A stretch of 64,000 nucleotides of DNA from Eledone cirrhosa (Eukaryota), in assembly GCA_964016885.1 (NCBI GenBank), contig OZ024740.1:375224001-375288000 (forward strand). Direction: 5' to 3'. The notes under the pieces were generated by a model. That model saw only the letters and a list, made by a program, of their open reading frames with translations. It made no database searches and was not told where the DNA came from. This document shows positions 40,690-54,032 of this stretch, one piece after another. A program made the translations under genes and the position numbers. Numbering within the stretch: the stretch's first letter is position 1; each line of letters begins with the position of its first letter.

Positions 40690-40980
40690 TCACCACAACC
40701 TCTCTACTTCCATCTTCTACAAACACACTAACTTCCACTCCTACTTCGACTTAACCTAATTCCACCCCACCCTCTCCAGGCTCTCTATACCTTACTCCCA
40801 ATCCCTCCGTCTTCGTCGGCTCTGCAGCCAAGATCATAATTCCGAGATCCAGTCTCAACACACGGCTTCTCACTTTATCCAGCGTGGATATCCTTCCAAC
40901 GTCATTGAGGCTGCCTTTACCCGCGCCCGTGATACGGTCCGTTCCACCACTCACACAACAGTCGCCTTCCTTCCCCCTCA
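40690..40980 (+). pseudogene. PLE RT thumb-domain fragment
   Basis: IFYKHTNFHSY..HP..PYSQSLRLRRLCSQD...RGYPSNVIEAAFTRAR. Confidence 0.7.
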
Positions 40981-41259
40981 TCGAACACTCTTATGTGTTT
41001 GCGTTGGGGGTTTATGTATGTGTGGTTATGTGAGTGAGTACGTGTGAAGATGTAGTTGTATGTGGCACATGAAAAATCAATGATTAATCCTCCCTAAGTT
41101 TGCATAATATTCGTATAGTAATTTCAGAAAATTCCTCTTGACAGGTTTAGTTATGTTATCCCTCCCACACTTGGTCTTTCTTTCGGACGGCCCCCGCTCT
41201 TTCTGCATACTTACATGCATACACACACACACACACACACACGCGCGCGCGCACACACA

Positions 41260-41359
<100 letters not shown>

Positions 41360-41642
41360 TATATATATATACATATATATATATAAATGGATAAAATGAA
41401 ATTTCATTTCTCACTCTTAGTACGGCTGCCACTTAAATATAAGTATGTATACGTACATACATATATGTATAAAGACGTACAGTAGTATGTATATACATAC
41501 ATGCACACATATATATATGTAAGTATGGGTTTACCGAACATTTCTTATAATGATCGGTTTGTTTGTAAACAAACAGCCCGAATTATTAGCCTTACAGTGT
41601 TCGGCAACCATCGTTGCCATTTTGTTCAACACAGACGAAGAA

Positions 41643-41685
41643 ACGATGAACTAGTTTCTAGCCTATTAGCTGTCATCAGCACCGT
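41643..41685 (-). ncRNA. Type I hammerhead ribozyme
   Basis: acggtg-CTGATGA-c-agct-aata-ggct-a-GAAA-ctag-TT-catcgt; palindromic stem III; GTGCAAAT 80 nt upstream (41760-41767). Confidence 0.75.
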
Positions 41686-41800
41686 ATACATTCCTGTCAG
41701 TTGATTGAAAGTTTGAATGTATATACTTTCCTGATGCATAATAACGGCTGAGCAGCCTAATTTGCACATCCAGTGAGTTAGTGAGGTATGTATATATATA

Positions 41801-41914
41801 TAGGAAATAGTATGACCCCAACGGCAGAGCTCAAGCCGTTTCGACGCCTATTTCTGGACTAAAATAGCCGTCGAAACGGCTTGAGCTCTGCCGTCGGGAT
41901 CATACTTCTTCCTA
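41801..41914. repeat. Imperfect ~53-bp-arm hairpin with a 26-bp perfect core
   Basis: 41821-41846 is the reverse complement of 41869-41894; lies between TA tracts. Confidence 0.85.
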
Positions 41915-41991
41915 TTTCCCACTCTACTATCCTAAGTATTGAGTACTCTGATGTGTTATGGTCCATCTGGTTCCTTACCACAATTCTTTTG

Positions 41992-42061
<70 letters not shown>

Positions 42062-42065
<4 letters not shown>

Positions 42066-43342
42066 CGGGTAAAATTCCCAAGATCCATGGACGAGTTCTC
42101 TCCAGCGGTCTCTGTCACTCATTATCGCTGCCATGTCCTGCGTCTCCAACAGACCAGTGGCTGTCTTTAGGGCGTCAACATACGTTAACCTTGGTTTTCC
42201 TCTTCCAGTGTGTCCATGTAGGAGCTGCCACTGGAGCACAGAGTGCAATGTCAACGCTGGATGTCGGTGAGCATGTCCAGCTAAAGTCAGTCTCCTGTGT
42301 GTCACATTTGAGCTGACTTTTGGGAGACTCCCATACAGCTCTGAGTTTTTCATCCTTAGTGTATACTGATTAATGTTCAGAGCCATCCTCGACATTATCA
42401 TGTAGCACCCATCCACCATCCGGGTGAGCTTAAGAAAGAGAAAGGCTCAGTCCCGAAGAGCAATCTATGACTGGGGAGCTTTCAAAGAAGATGATAAGCT
42501 GCAGGAGAGGTTCACAGTGGAAGTGAGGAACTGGTTCAGTGCTCTGTGTGGAGAGACAGAGGAGAGAGAGATTGGATGGACTGAGGAGAGTGTGATGAGT
42601 AGGTACGGGCACTTCACCAATGCAGTGGCGGAAGCAAGTGAAACCCTAGTGCCGAGGAAAAAGAACAAAAGGAAGCAGGTCAGCTCTGCAAAAGGGTGTG
42701 CAGCCAGAGAACACCTGAAATCTGCCAAGGACCAATTCTATGCTGATCCTACGGAGGAGAGGATGGAGACCTTGGAGGTGATGAGGGAAAACTCTGTACT
42801 GTTTACACTGAGGCCAGAGAGGAGGCACTGATAGAGAAGATCAGAAGTGTGGAGAGAGCGGTTGACAGATCTAGATGTAAGGAGGGTTGGATGATCATCA
42901 ACGAGATCACAGGGAGGAAGAGATGGTGTTCAATTCAGATCCAAGGAACGGGGCCCGAGGATAGGAAGAGGAAATGGCTAGACCATTTTAGGACCCTACT
43001 AGGAGAGCCACTCTCGACAGCCCAGAGCACTGGGGAGATCAGGCGGCTGTTTCAGGAACTGGATATTGAGACAGAGCCCTTCACCAGAGAGGAGCTTCAG
43101 AGAGCCAAGAAGGGGATCAAGGAGGGCAAGGCTCATGGAGAAGATGGAGTGGCATCAGAGGTGATGAAGAGGTGTGATTTAGATGATATCATGCTGGGGT
43201 TCTGTAAACGGGCACTGGAGAAAGGAGTTGCCCCGAAACGGTGGAGGATCAGTAACATCGTCCCAGTGCCAAAGAAGGGAGATCTCTTTAACACCAACAA
43301 GGGGGATCTCACTGACGTCACTTGTGGCAAAGACCCTCAACA

Positions 43343-43345
<3 letters not shown>
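42062..43345. mobile_element. RTE-clade LINE insertion with inverted 5' part
   Basis: 42062-42423 (-) encodes the C-terminus (RRLTLAGHAHRH..GRGKPRLTY); 42424-43345 (+) encodes the pre-RT region (GKAHGEDGV, IVPVPKKGDL, RGISL); (TA)n on both sides. Confidence 0.8.
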
Positions 43346-43413
<68 letters not shown>

Positions 43414-43549
43414 TCAAAGGAAAAAGAGTTAGTTGATCTGTAATCAACTGATTCTTATATATAACAGATGACAAGCAATCAACCGTATCAATTTATCCGG
43501 AGTATTATTATAATAATAATAGTAATTACTGAAAGATATATACTTTATA

Positions 43550-43627
43550 TTTATTTTATTATATATATTTCGAAGATGTAAAGTTTTATGTATAACATAA
43601 ACCCAAACATGTCCTCTTCAGAGAATA
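43550..43627 (-). ncRNA. Possible degenerate hammerhead in a pLTR remnant
   Basis: tattct-CTGAAGA-ggacatg...catcttc-GAAA-tata-TA; stems imperfect. Confidence 0.35.
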
Positions 43628-43760
43628 TATATACGAGATGTATAATCTTTTCATGATATACTGGTAAAGCTGCATGAACAAAGATATAACGTATATATAT
43701 TTCCTTTAAGGTTATTATTATTATTTTTTTATATTTCCGTTCATTATTGTTTCTGAGATA

Positions 43761-43945
43761 AGGCTGCTGGCTTGGCAGTATCGGTAGAGGTCGGACGCCA
43801 TGCTTTCCAGCATAGTTACGTCCCTTTGCGGTCTGAGTTCAAATCCCACCGAGGTTAACTTTGCCTTTCATCCTTACGGGGTCGATAAAATAAAGTACCA
43901 GTAATGCACTGGGTAATTGATGGCCTTGTGCCAAAAGTAGAAACA
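43761..43945 (+). mobile_element. tRNA-derived SINE with 18-bp TSD
   Basis: TSD attattgtttctgagata at 43743-43760 and 43946-43963. Confidence 0.9.
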
Positions 43946-44124
43946 ATTATTGTTTCTGAGATATATGCCTAATGTCTTCCTGACACCTAGGGCAAATAAA
44001 TTCACAGTGTGCATTGGTAAGCCAGTTAATACAGCACATTCCTTATAATTTAAAAAAAAGTATACATATATACACATGTGCATATGCATATGTAAATACA
44101 AAGAGGGATATCAATCTTACAGAG

Positions 44125-44390
44125 ATAGTGCTCTCCTCAATACGTGCGCAGTACCAGTCAAAGCCAATTTGTTGCACCTCATGCACAGAGGGTAAACCAG
44201 GAATCATTCGCAAATATTGTTCTGTTCCTTTCTTGATCATTCCCAGTCCTCCCACAATCACCGGTATTGTAACGGTCTTGAGGTGCCATATTTTCTCAAT
44301 CTCAATAAGCAGATCTTTATATTTTCGTAGCTTGTCAAATTCTTTTGCCGCGATATTGTGATCACATGGGATGCTCATATCTATCAATAA
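44125..44390 (-). mobile_element. R4/Dong 3' fragment (third family)
   Basis: IDMSIPCDHNIAAKEFDKLRKYKDL..IPVIVGGLG. Confidence 0.8.
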
Positions 44391-44423
44391 ATTATTATTA
44401 TCATTATCATTATTATTATTATT

Positions 44424-44909
44424 CTTTGAGTCTCAGTCATTGATGTTATTTAACTGGAAAGTTTGTTGAAATGAATATCAAGCCGCTACCTGCAGCCTCA
44501 GATATTCAGGACGTATCGGAGGGTTCTTGCTGTTCCCAGCAAGCATGCCTTTTGAAGTGTTCCAAAAAGGGGGACTGGACTAATCTTCTTTAACCATCCT
44601 TGGAAACTCTTTGAGATAGTACCTAGTGCGCCTATGACAATCGAAACGACGTTGACTTCATGCAGTTCCAAATCCTTTTTACCTCCCACTTTAAGTCCTG
44701 GTATCGGTTGATGTTCTCGCTCTCCTTTTCTTGCACCCTCGTGTCAAATGGGCAGGCAACAATTACAATCAGATACGATCTTTTTTCCTTGTCCAAAACC
44801 AACAGGTCAGGCTTATTGTGTTCTAATTTCTTGTCTGTCTGTATCCTAAAATCCCATAGCACCTTCTCCAGATCGTTTTCAATCACCGATTCTGGCTTAT
44901 GCTCATACC
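44424..44909 (-). mobile_element. R4/Dong family A 3' fragment
   Basis: LWDFRIQTD..HNKPDL..LQKACLLGTARTLR; (TAA)n on both sides. Confidence 0.88.
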
Positions 44910-44917
44910 CATTATTA

Positions 44918-44987
<70 letters not shown>

Positions 44988-44988
<1 letters not shown>

Positions 44989-47900
44989 AGCTGCATTTAT
45001 CTTGTTTTATGTTCATACGAGTTATCACCAAGTCACAACCAGTGACCTCAAGAGACAACAAGGTCCGCCATGTTCAAGAAAGAACATACATACTCACACA
45101 TGCATCTTTAAGTGTTTAGACTTGTGATGTACTTATATTGACAGAATCTTCCTTAGTATATGGGCAATTTCCATTAATACTATCTTTAGAATTTCTCCTA
45201 TACGCGGGTTTCCTGGGATTTTCGATAAGTACTCATTAGACGCCTTAGGTATCGTTCCTAGAGCGCCTACAACCACTGGTATTGTTTTAGTTCTCAATTT
45301 CCACATTTTTCCAATTTCTATCTTCAGCTCCTTATACTTGCACAACTTTCCAAATGTTTTTATATATACATTCTTGTCTATTGCAACGGACATATCAAAT
45401 AGCAGGCATACCCTCTTTTTAAAGTCCTTCAGTATTATATCAGGTCTATTTGCATCTATTTTTCGGTCTGTTTGGATGCTAAAGTTCCACAAAATTGAGA
45501 TGTGATCTTTTTCAAGTATGGGAGGTGGTTGATGCTCCCACCAATTCTTTTGATGGGGCAGGTCAAAATGCTTACACATTATCCAATGTATGTATTCTGC
45601 AGCTCTGTCATGCCTGTTTAGATATTCGTTTGGAGCTATAGAACTGCACATTGAAATTATATGATCAATGGTCTCTGGTTGTTTTTTACATACAAGGCAT
45701 AATGGGTTGCATCCATTTTTTATTATGTTGGCTTGGTAATTTTTTGTTGGCAGACACTGATCTTGCACTGATATAATCAGTCCTTCAGTCTCCAATTTCA
45801 GTCCAGAGGATGCCAACCACTGATGGGTTAAATTTTGTCAACATCAGGATTGTTGGCTCTTTCTGGGTATTTTATATACAGAGGCTTTTCTTGCCATTTC
45901 TTAGCCGGTTTCTGTAGCAGTTCTTTCTTTGCAGTTACTTTTACCTGCATTGCTTTTTCTGTCTTTTCCATTTCAACAGTAAATGGGACTTCTGAAATGT
46001 GTAGTCCATTACTGTATCTTTGTGCATCTTTTGTAATGGAGTATGATCTTTTGATGCTTTCGTGTTTCAAAACGAGTGTGATCATCCAATCATGAGATTC
46101 CCTTAGATATGTAGATAATCCAATTGTTGCAGTTTTCAACGCAATATCTAGCTGGATTAACCCACGTCCTCCTTCTTTCCTAGGCAGATATATTCTATCT
46201 GTATCTGCCTTAGGGTGATGCATTCTGTGCATGGTTAAGAATTTTCTAATTTTCGTATCGAACATACGGATCTCTGTGCTTGACCAGTTGATGACATTGT
46301 AACTGTTAGTTACTACTGGTATGGCAAGCGTATTTATGGCATCGATCCTATTCCTTGCATTCAATTCCGTTCCTAAAATCGCTCTTACTCTGCGGTAACA
46401 TTCCTTCCTTATCCTTTCCGTAATTGTTGAGTGCTTGATTCTGTCTCCTTCACAAACACCTATATATTCGTAAGATTCCTCTTGATCAAGTTCTCTTATC
46501 ACATTCCCCCGATCAAGATTAATGTCTGAACTCTTCAGCAGCTTTCGTCTGGTGAACATTGCTTTGGCGCATTTATCTAGTCCAAACTCCATTTTAATGT
46601 CATCACTGAACAGTGGTAAATAGCCCTTGCAATTGTTCATCATTTTTTTAAAAATAGTTTCAGTTCATCCATGTAGAACAAGTGATTAATGGTTTTGTCA
46701 TAGACTTTATATCCATGCTTTGTTTGATTGAGCATTTTACTTAATGGTATAATTGCGATGCAGAATAAAAGCGGTGATAAAGAGTCACCCTGAAAAATTC
46801 CACAATTAATAGTTACTTCTCCAGCTTCCAGTGATTTTGGTTCAAAATTCAAAAGGAGTGTCGTTTTCCATGTCTTCATACTGAATGACAGGAACCTCCT
46901 GACAGCGGGAGATATTTTGAAAATCTCTAAACATTTTTCAATCCAACTGTGTGGCAAACTATCGAATGCTTTTTTTATAATCTATCCAAGCAATTGATAG
47001 ATTTGTGTGTCTATTATGACAATCTTCCAGTATCATTTTTTTAACCAAAAGCTGATCCTTACAGCCATATGAGCCTCGTTTACACCATTTCTGCTCATTG
47101 GGAAATGGGTCATTTGTTATCAGCTGGTCATATGTATATTCAGTTAGGACTGATGTTAAAATTGTATACATTGTGGTCAAGCAAGTTATCGGTCTGTAAT
47201 TTTGGGGATTGTTTGTCTCATCATTCTTCGGAAGCAGGAATGTAATGCCGTTAACTAGCCATGATGGTATCTTTTCTGCCTCCTTAACTATGTAATTGTA
47301 AAGTTGGGCTAAGAGCTCATGAGACTCTGTGAAGGCATTTATCCAAAAATTTGGTATCTTGTCTTTTCCTGGGGATTTCCATTTGCTGGTTTTTCTAAGA
47401 GCCAAACGCAACTGTTCAACTGTTATATTTTCCTATACTTGTTCGTCAAGGTGAGCTGCATCTTTCATTTGTCTGTCTATCCATGTGGCATGTATATTAT
47501 GAATTTTTTCCTCGGCCCAGATCTTTTCCCAGAATTCTTGCACTTCTTCCTTGGGTGGTATTGATTTAGCAGTTATTGTTGACTTACCAATTTTTCTGTA
47601 GAAGTTTCTTTGGTTGTTTTTGAACATATTATTGTCCTCATGGAATCTAGATCGTTTTTCAAAGCGCCTTATACGAGCAGCTTTGGCCGACACTTCTGCT
47701 TGATTATTTCTATCAGAATGACTATGTCACTTCTTGATTTTATACTCTATTTTCTTTTCAATTTTCTAAGTTTAGTTTGTTTAACGTGTTCACCTACTTT
47801 GTAGTTTGTTAAAATGTCTATGTCAGATCGGAGAAGGTTTATTTGGCGATTGATGTTATCTTGCCAAGTAGATTTCTTGTGGGAATTCCTTTGTTTTTTC

Positions 47901-49115
47901 ATTTTCACTCCACATAAGTTAGTGGTGATTTTAGCCGATGCATAATAGAGATGTTTTAAATCAGTAACATTTACTTTATTTTGTCGTGTTTTATCCTTAA
48001 CAGCCAAGGGGTAATCATTTCGTGTTACCACTTCTAGGACGAGTGTCAACCAATACTAGAGGGGTCGTCCTCCCCTAGAGACACGGCTATTCCCCGCCGG
48101 CCGCCATCCCGGTATTTCTTAGTCACGGCGTTTCTTTTTTGTTGTTTTTTAAATTATTATCATGAGTGGTTCCTTAATGTGAGCATTCCGTGGCTTAAGA
48201 ATGAAATTATTATTAATAATATAATATACTTTTTGCTGAAGCTGCCTGTTATTGTGGTGGGCTATGTCGGTGGTGGTGCTGGGGCATTTTCTATCGTTGG
48301 TGGGGAAGGGGGAGCCAGCAGTGCCATATTCGTTGACGTTTGACCGAGTCACTAAGTCAGTATACTTATATATTTTGCTAGCCTCTCCCTTATCTAGGGA
48401 TACCGCCACCTTCCCCTTTTCTAAAGTTAACAGAAGGTAAGGTAGTGGGGGAATAGTGTTGGTAGCAATGAAGGAGTGGTAGCGGCGGTGATAGGCTAGA
48501 GGTAGCAATGATGGAGTGGTGGCGGCGGTGACTATAGTGATGACGTTGTCGTTACTGAGTTTTGTTGAATAGACTGTAGTAGTATGCGGTTTTTTGATCT
48601 GTGTATCTATGCCGTTTGTCGCGTATGTTTAATATATGTGTTGACATATTTTCTTAATATTTGAATTACACATTTTGAGAAAACTTGAGATGCAATAATA
48701 GTAATTATTATTATTATGCTGGGATTGGTGGTGGTGGTGGTGAAAGTGCCTTTATCTGGCTATTGTATTTAGTGTACACAGAAGGGTGATGGGATAGGTG
48801 GTGTATATAGTTTGTGGTGTTGGTGAAATTGCTGTTATTTGGCTGTTCTACATAGTGTAGACAGAGGGGGTTTTCTTCCATTTATAACCATTTCCTTTTT
48901 TGAATATAAAATTCAAAATATAAAATTGAATATTTGAGCGATATAACAGGATATTATGTATACGAATTTTTCTGAGAGCTGAGTCTGGTGCTTTATGTTT
49001 CATTTGTACTAAGAATTGTTATATCACAATTGTTTTAAATATGTTAAAAATCAAAAATTTACGGGAGCGATTTCATAACATTCAATCCACCATGTGCGTC
49101 TCATTCCCTTTCTTC
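44988..49115 (-). mobile_element. R4/Dong family B LINE, degenerate, with putative ~1 kb 5' leader
   Basis: WKSPGKD, YRPITCL, GIFQGDSLSPLLF, YMDE, CLVC..ETIDH, NRPDII. Assignment of 48140-49115 as its leader is inferred. Confidence 0.85.
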
Positions 49116-49179
49116 TTCTTCTTCTTCTTATTATTATTATTATTATAATTATTATTATTATTATTATTATTATTGTTAT

Positions 49180-49389
49180 TCCTTGAGTCTCAGTCATTGA
49201 TGTTAGTTAACTGGAAAGTCCGTTGGAATGAATATCAAGCCACTACCTGCAGCCTCAGATATTCGGGACGTATCGAAGGGTTCTTGCTGTTCGCAGCAAG
49301 CATGGCTTTTGAAGCATTCCAAAAAGCGCGAAGGGGCCTATTTTCTTTAACCATCCCTGGAAACTTTTGGAGATAGTCCCCAGTCCGCC

Positions 49390-49390
<1 letters not shown>
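49180..49390 (-). mobile_element. R4/Dong family A short 3' fragment
   Basis: Matches 49457-49670; (TAA)n on both sides. Confidence 0.85.
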
Positions 49391-49445
<55 letters not shown>

Positions 49446-49456
49446 GTTATTGTTAT

Positions 49457-52400
49457 TCCTTGAATCTCAGTCATTGATGTTGGTTAACTGGAAAGTCCGT
49501 TGGATTGAATATCAAGCCACTACCTGCAGCCTCAGATATTCAGGACGTATCGGAGGGTTCTTGCCGTTCCAAGCAAGCATGCCTTTTGAAGCGTTCCAAA
49601 AAGCGTGAAGGGACCGATTTTCTTTAACCATCCCTGGAAACCTTTGGAGATAGTCCCCAGTGCGCCTATGACAATCGGGATCACTTTGACTTCATGGCAG
49701 TTCCAAATCCTTTTCACCTCCCACTTTAGGTCCTGGTATCGGTTAATTTTCTCCCTCTCCTTCTCTTGCACTCTCGTGTCGAACGGGCAGGCCACATCCA
49801 CAATCAGGCACGATCTTTTTTCTTTGTCCACAACCACCAGGTCAGGTCTATTGTGTTCCAGTTTTTTGTCCGTCTGTATCCTAAAATCCCACAGCACCTT
49901 CACCTGACTGTTCTCCATCACCGCCTCTGGCCTATGCTCATACCATTTCTCAGAATGTGGTAGATTGTTTACTTTGCACAGGTGCCAGTGGATCACCCTG
50001 CCCATCACATCGTGTCTCCAGCCCTTATAGTGGGTCTGGGCTAGGTGTTTACACTCGGACACAATGTGGGCCATAGTCTCCTCTCTCTCTCCACAGATCC
50101 TGCACAGTGGGCTAGCCTCCTCCTTGTAGATATGGTGCTTCAACCACTTCGTTTTGAGGGCCTGCTCCTGCGCAGCCATTAGCATTCCTTCTGTAGCCTT
50201 TTTGAGGTCTCCTCTTCTCAACCAGTTCCATGTCTGTGGATCTCTAAATTCAGTTTTCTCAAAGAAGGTACTATGAAGGGATTTTCCCTTAAGGCTGCTC
50301 TTCCTCCTTGATGTTATTTCCTCCTTGGATATCCCCTGGCCTACTGTCCCCTCCTTCAGTACAGCTCTGAGCATTGGCTCCTTACTATAGGTCACGTATG
50401 TGTATAGGTTGTTTTTCTCCATCTAAACACAGTCCTCTATGCTGATAAGACCTCTTCCACCCTCAGATCTCCTTAGGTAGAGTCTATCGACATCACTCCT
50501 CTTGTGGAACATGTTGTAGATAGTCAATAGCTTCCTAGTCTTCCTATCCATTTCTTTTTGTTCAGCAACATTCCATCTCAGAATTCCCGCACTGTACCTA
50601 ATAATAGACACAGCTCGGGAATTTACTGCGCTTATGGCATTTCTGCTGTTCAGATGTGACTTCAATACGCTCCTTACTCTCCGAATGTATTCAGTTCTTA
50701 ACAATTCCTTCATTTTTTTGTTCTTTATGCCATCAGCCTCCAGAACGCCCAAATACTTGTATCCTTCCTCAGAGTCAATTTCCTTTATCATCTCACCTGT
50801 TGGTATCTGGATCCCGTTACTTCTGCTCAACCTACCCCTCCTCATCACAATGACTCCACATTTACCAATACCAAACTGCATACATATATCACTGCTGAAA
50901 ATACGGACAGTGTCAACAAGCACATCCAACTCCTTCTCACTTTTCCCGAAGAGCTTAAGATCGTCCATGAAGAGGAGGTGATTGATGGTAAGCTCTCCCC
51001 TTCCCAACTTGTATCCTGCTCTCACTTTTCGCAGCATAATGGTCAAGGGCATCAGGGCAAGGACAAACAACAGAGGGGACAGGCTATCTCCCTGGAAGAT
51101 ACCTCTCTTGATCTTCACGCTTCCCAAGGATACTCCAGTTGATGTCAACTCTGTCTTCCAGTACCCCATACTCCTGCCTAGCAACTGTCTGATGTTATCT
51201 GCCACCCTGAAGATCTCCAGGCTTTTGGTGATCCAGGAATGAGGCACCATGTCAAATGCCTTTCTGTAGTCTATCCATCCCATGGCAAGATCAGTGTGTC
51301 TCCTCCTGTAATTCCCCATTACCATCTTATCAATAAGTAACTGGTCCTTTGTACCACGTGACTTCTTTCGGCATCCTTTCTGTTCGTCCGGTAACAAGTT
51401 GTTTGTGGGGAGGTGATGGTAGATTTCCTCAGACACAATGCTCGTCAACAGTTTCCACATTACGGACAGACATGCGATAGGTCTATAGTTGGTAACATCA
51501 TTACCCTTGATTCGGTCTTTCATTATCAGAACTGTGGTACCTTTTGTCAACCACTCTGGCACCTCACCCGACACCAAGCAGTCATTGAACATGGCCGTCA
51601 GCTTCGGGTGGAGGGATGTAAATGTTTAATCCAATACCCCTGCACACCATCTGGGCCTGGTGATTTCCAGTTGGTTAGTTTTTTGGCCTGCCCCTTAAGA
51701 GTTTCAACTGTGATACTCAAATCAGTTTGTTGTTGTGCCTGCTCACCGATCTCCCTCTGTACTGTCTCAATCCACCCTGCCTGGGCATTGTGTCTAACAT
51801 CCTGCTCCCATATTCCTCTCCAGAATGTTTTAGTTTGCTCCGCCCCAGGGATCAAGTCGTTGCCTCTTTCTTTCCCCTCAAGCTGTCCAAACAGCATCTT
51901 CTGGTTGTTGTCGAACATGCGGTTCTGTTTATACTGACTGACTCTGTTCTCGTATCGCCTGATTTTTGCACACTTTGCTACAATGCGTTGCTTCAGTTCC
52001 TCTATGATAATATTTAGCTTTTTCCTGCTAGTTTTGTATTTTATTTCCAGTCTATTTTAGTGCCTATGTTTTTTAGTGTCCCATTCAGTAGTGACTCAAG
52101 CTTTCCTATGTCATTTCTCATTTCCCCGATTTGCCCACTCAGTCGCTTCTTCCACCACGGCTCTGCTCTTTCTTGTCTGTTGTTTCCTCTCGCTTTTATA
52201 CCAAGTAGTTTCCTCACCGTATTTGCTGTTGCTTTGAGGATATTGTTGCACTGGTGAAGGCTCCTCGCCTCAAGGTATGGGATGACTTTGTTTACCTTAG
52301 CTGTTGTTTCTTTTAACTTTTTCCTGTCTACAAATCTTTAGGTTCATAGGTCTCCCACTATCATTGTTCAATTCATCTACCACTAAATTTAGGATGTCAA

Positions 52401-53972
52401 CCGAATCTTGTCCTAGCCCGTCAGCATTCATCTCCTCAGTGGCCGTATCTCTGTTCCAGGTATTATTTATCTCAGTATTCAGATCATTGTCTGCTTCGGG
52501 TGGTTCCTCCGTTCTCAGGACCTCTTCACCTTCATTTCCCACTGGCTCGCTTGTCTGGCATACTACACCCGCCATCTCCAAGCCATTCTCTCTGCTCAGT
52601 TCCTCCAGTTCCAGCTCGCTTATCCATCCATTAGTTCTTATTACCCGAGCCTGCCCGGCCAATTTTTGTTCATCTAATTTAAATAAACCAATCTCGTTCC
52701 AGATGTTATGCATCCGTCTCCTGTAGCCCCTCTCCTTGGGGTTACTTTTCAGGTAACATTGCATAACAGTTCTATTCAATTCTTTCGTCCAGTTGGTTCT
52801 GGCCCCTTTCCTTCTTCTCCTTCCTCCAACATCAGCAGTATTTGGTTGACAGTCAGGTTCCTGCTGCTGAGCCAGGGGGCACCTGTTGGGTGAGAGTCTG
52901 TCACATGACGTTCTAGTCTCCATTTCACCGTTATTCGAACTGTTTATGTTCGATATTTAAACACTCTTATCGAGGATTGGCGAATGTATGGTTACATATC
53001 CATCTGTGGATCCGCCATTCCACTTGGCCCTTGTGTGGCATTATCACCACGCTGTATACGAACACACATAAACAAACAAACACACAGGCAGAAAGGGCCC
53101 CAAAAATGAATAAGCATAAGTTTCATTGTAATGTAGTGTTCGAATGTCTGACTTAGTTTTTGTTTTTTAAGTTTTAGTTTTTCCCCCCTCTTCTCTGTCC
53201 GTCCGCCTGCTTCTCTCTTCATTCTTATTTTCTTTACGTTTTGGGTTTTTTTTTTTTGGGGGGGGGGGGTTTCTCTGTTTGTTTTTCTCGTTTTTTGCTG
53301 TTGTTGCTGTGCTGCTTTGGTTTTGTTGTTTGTTTTTTCTTTTTTCTTTTGAGTCTATCTATATATTTTGATGCCTTCCTCTTTTTTAGCAGTAGGGATT
53401 CTATAATGTGGTGGCAGCAGCCAGCTATAAGAAGTGGATGACTGGCGGCGGTAGCGATACTGAGACAGTGGTGGTGGTGATGTCGATACCGAGGCAGTGG
53501 TGGCGGTGATGTGACCGTATTACTGTAGTGATGGTGCTGTAGCGGTGGTAGCAGTGAAGGAGTGAAGGGGTGGTGGCGGCGGTGATGGGATAATGGGTGT
53601 AATGATGGCCGTAGTGAGCGGTGGTGGTTTAGTGTACACAGGTGACGGGGTGGGTGGTGTATCTAGTTTCTGGTGTTGGTGAGTTTGGCTGTTCTATATA
53701 GTGTAGACAGAGGAGGAGAGGGGGGGGGTTCTTCTTCCATTTATAGCCATTTTCTTTTTTGGATATACAGTGTACAATACAAAGTTGAATATTTGAATAT
53801 TTGAGCCTTATAACAATATATTTTGGGTCCGAAATTTTTGGGGCTCAAGCCGGGTGCTTTACGTAGCATTTGTACTAAGAGTTGTTATTTCACAAATGAT
53901 TTAAATATGTTAAAAATTCAAAACTTACGGGAGCGATTTCATGACCTCCGTCACCTCGTGCTTCTTCTTCCT
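49457..53972 (-). mobile_element. Near full-length R4/Dong family A LINE with putative 5' leader
   Basis: Coding pieces 52923 to 49532 (WTKELN..CY, WWKKRL, KSPGPDG, QGDSLSP, FMDD, CRICG, RPDLVV) broken by about 2 frameshifts and 1 stop. Confidence 0.92.
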
Positions 53973-53974
53973 TA

Positions 53975-54032
<58 letters not shown>

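Noticed and set aside
48030-48135. HDV-like ribozyme at the 5' end of Dong family B
   Set aside because: Hairpins are present, but the nested double-pseudoknot order could not be satisfied.
52960-53060. Twister- or HDV-like ribozyme upstream of the Dong family A ORF
   Set aside because: Some stems form, but I could not complete either pseudoknot.
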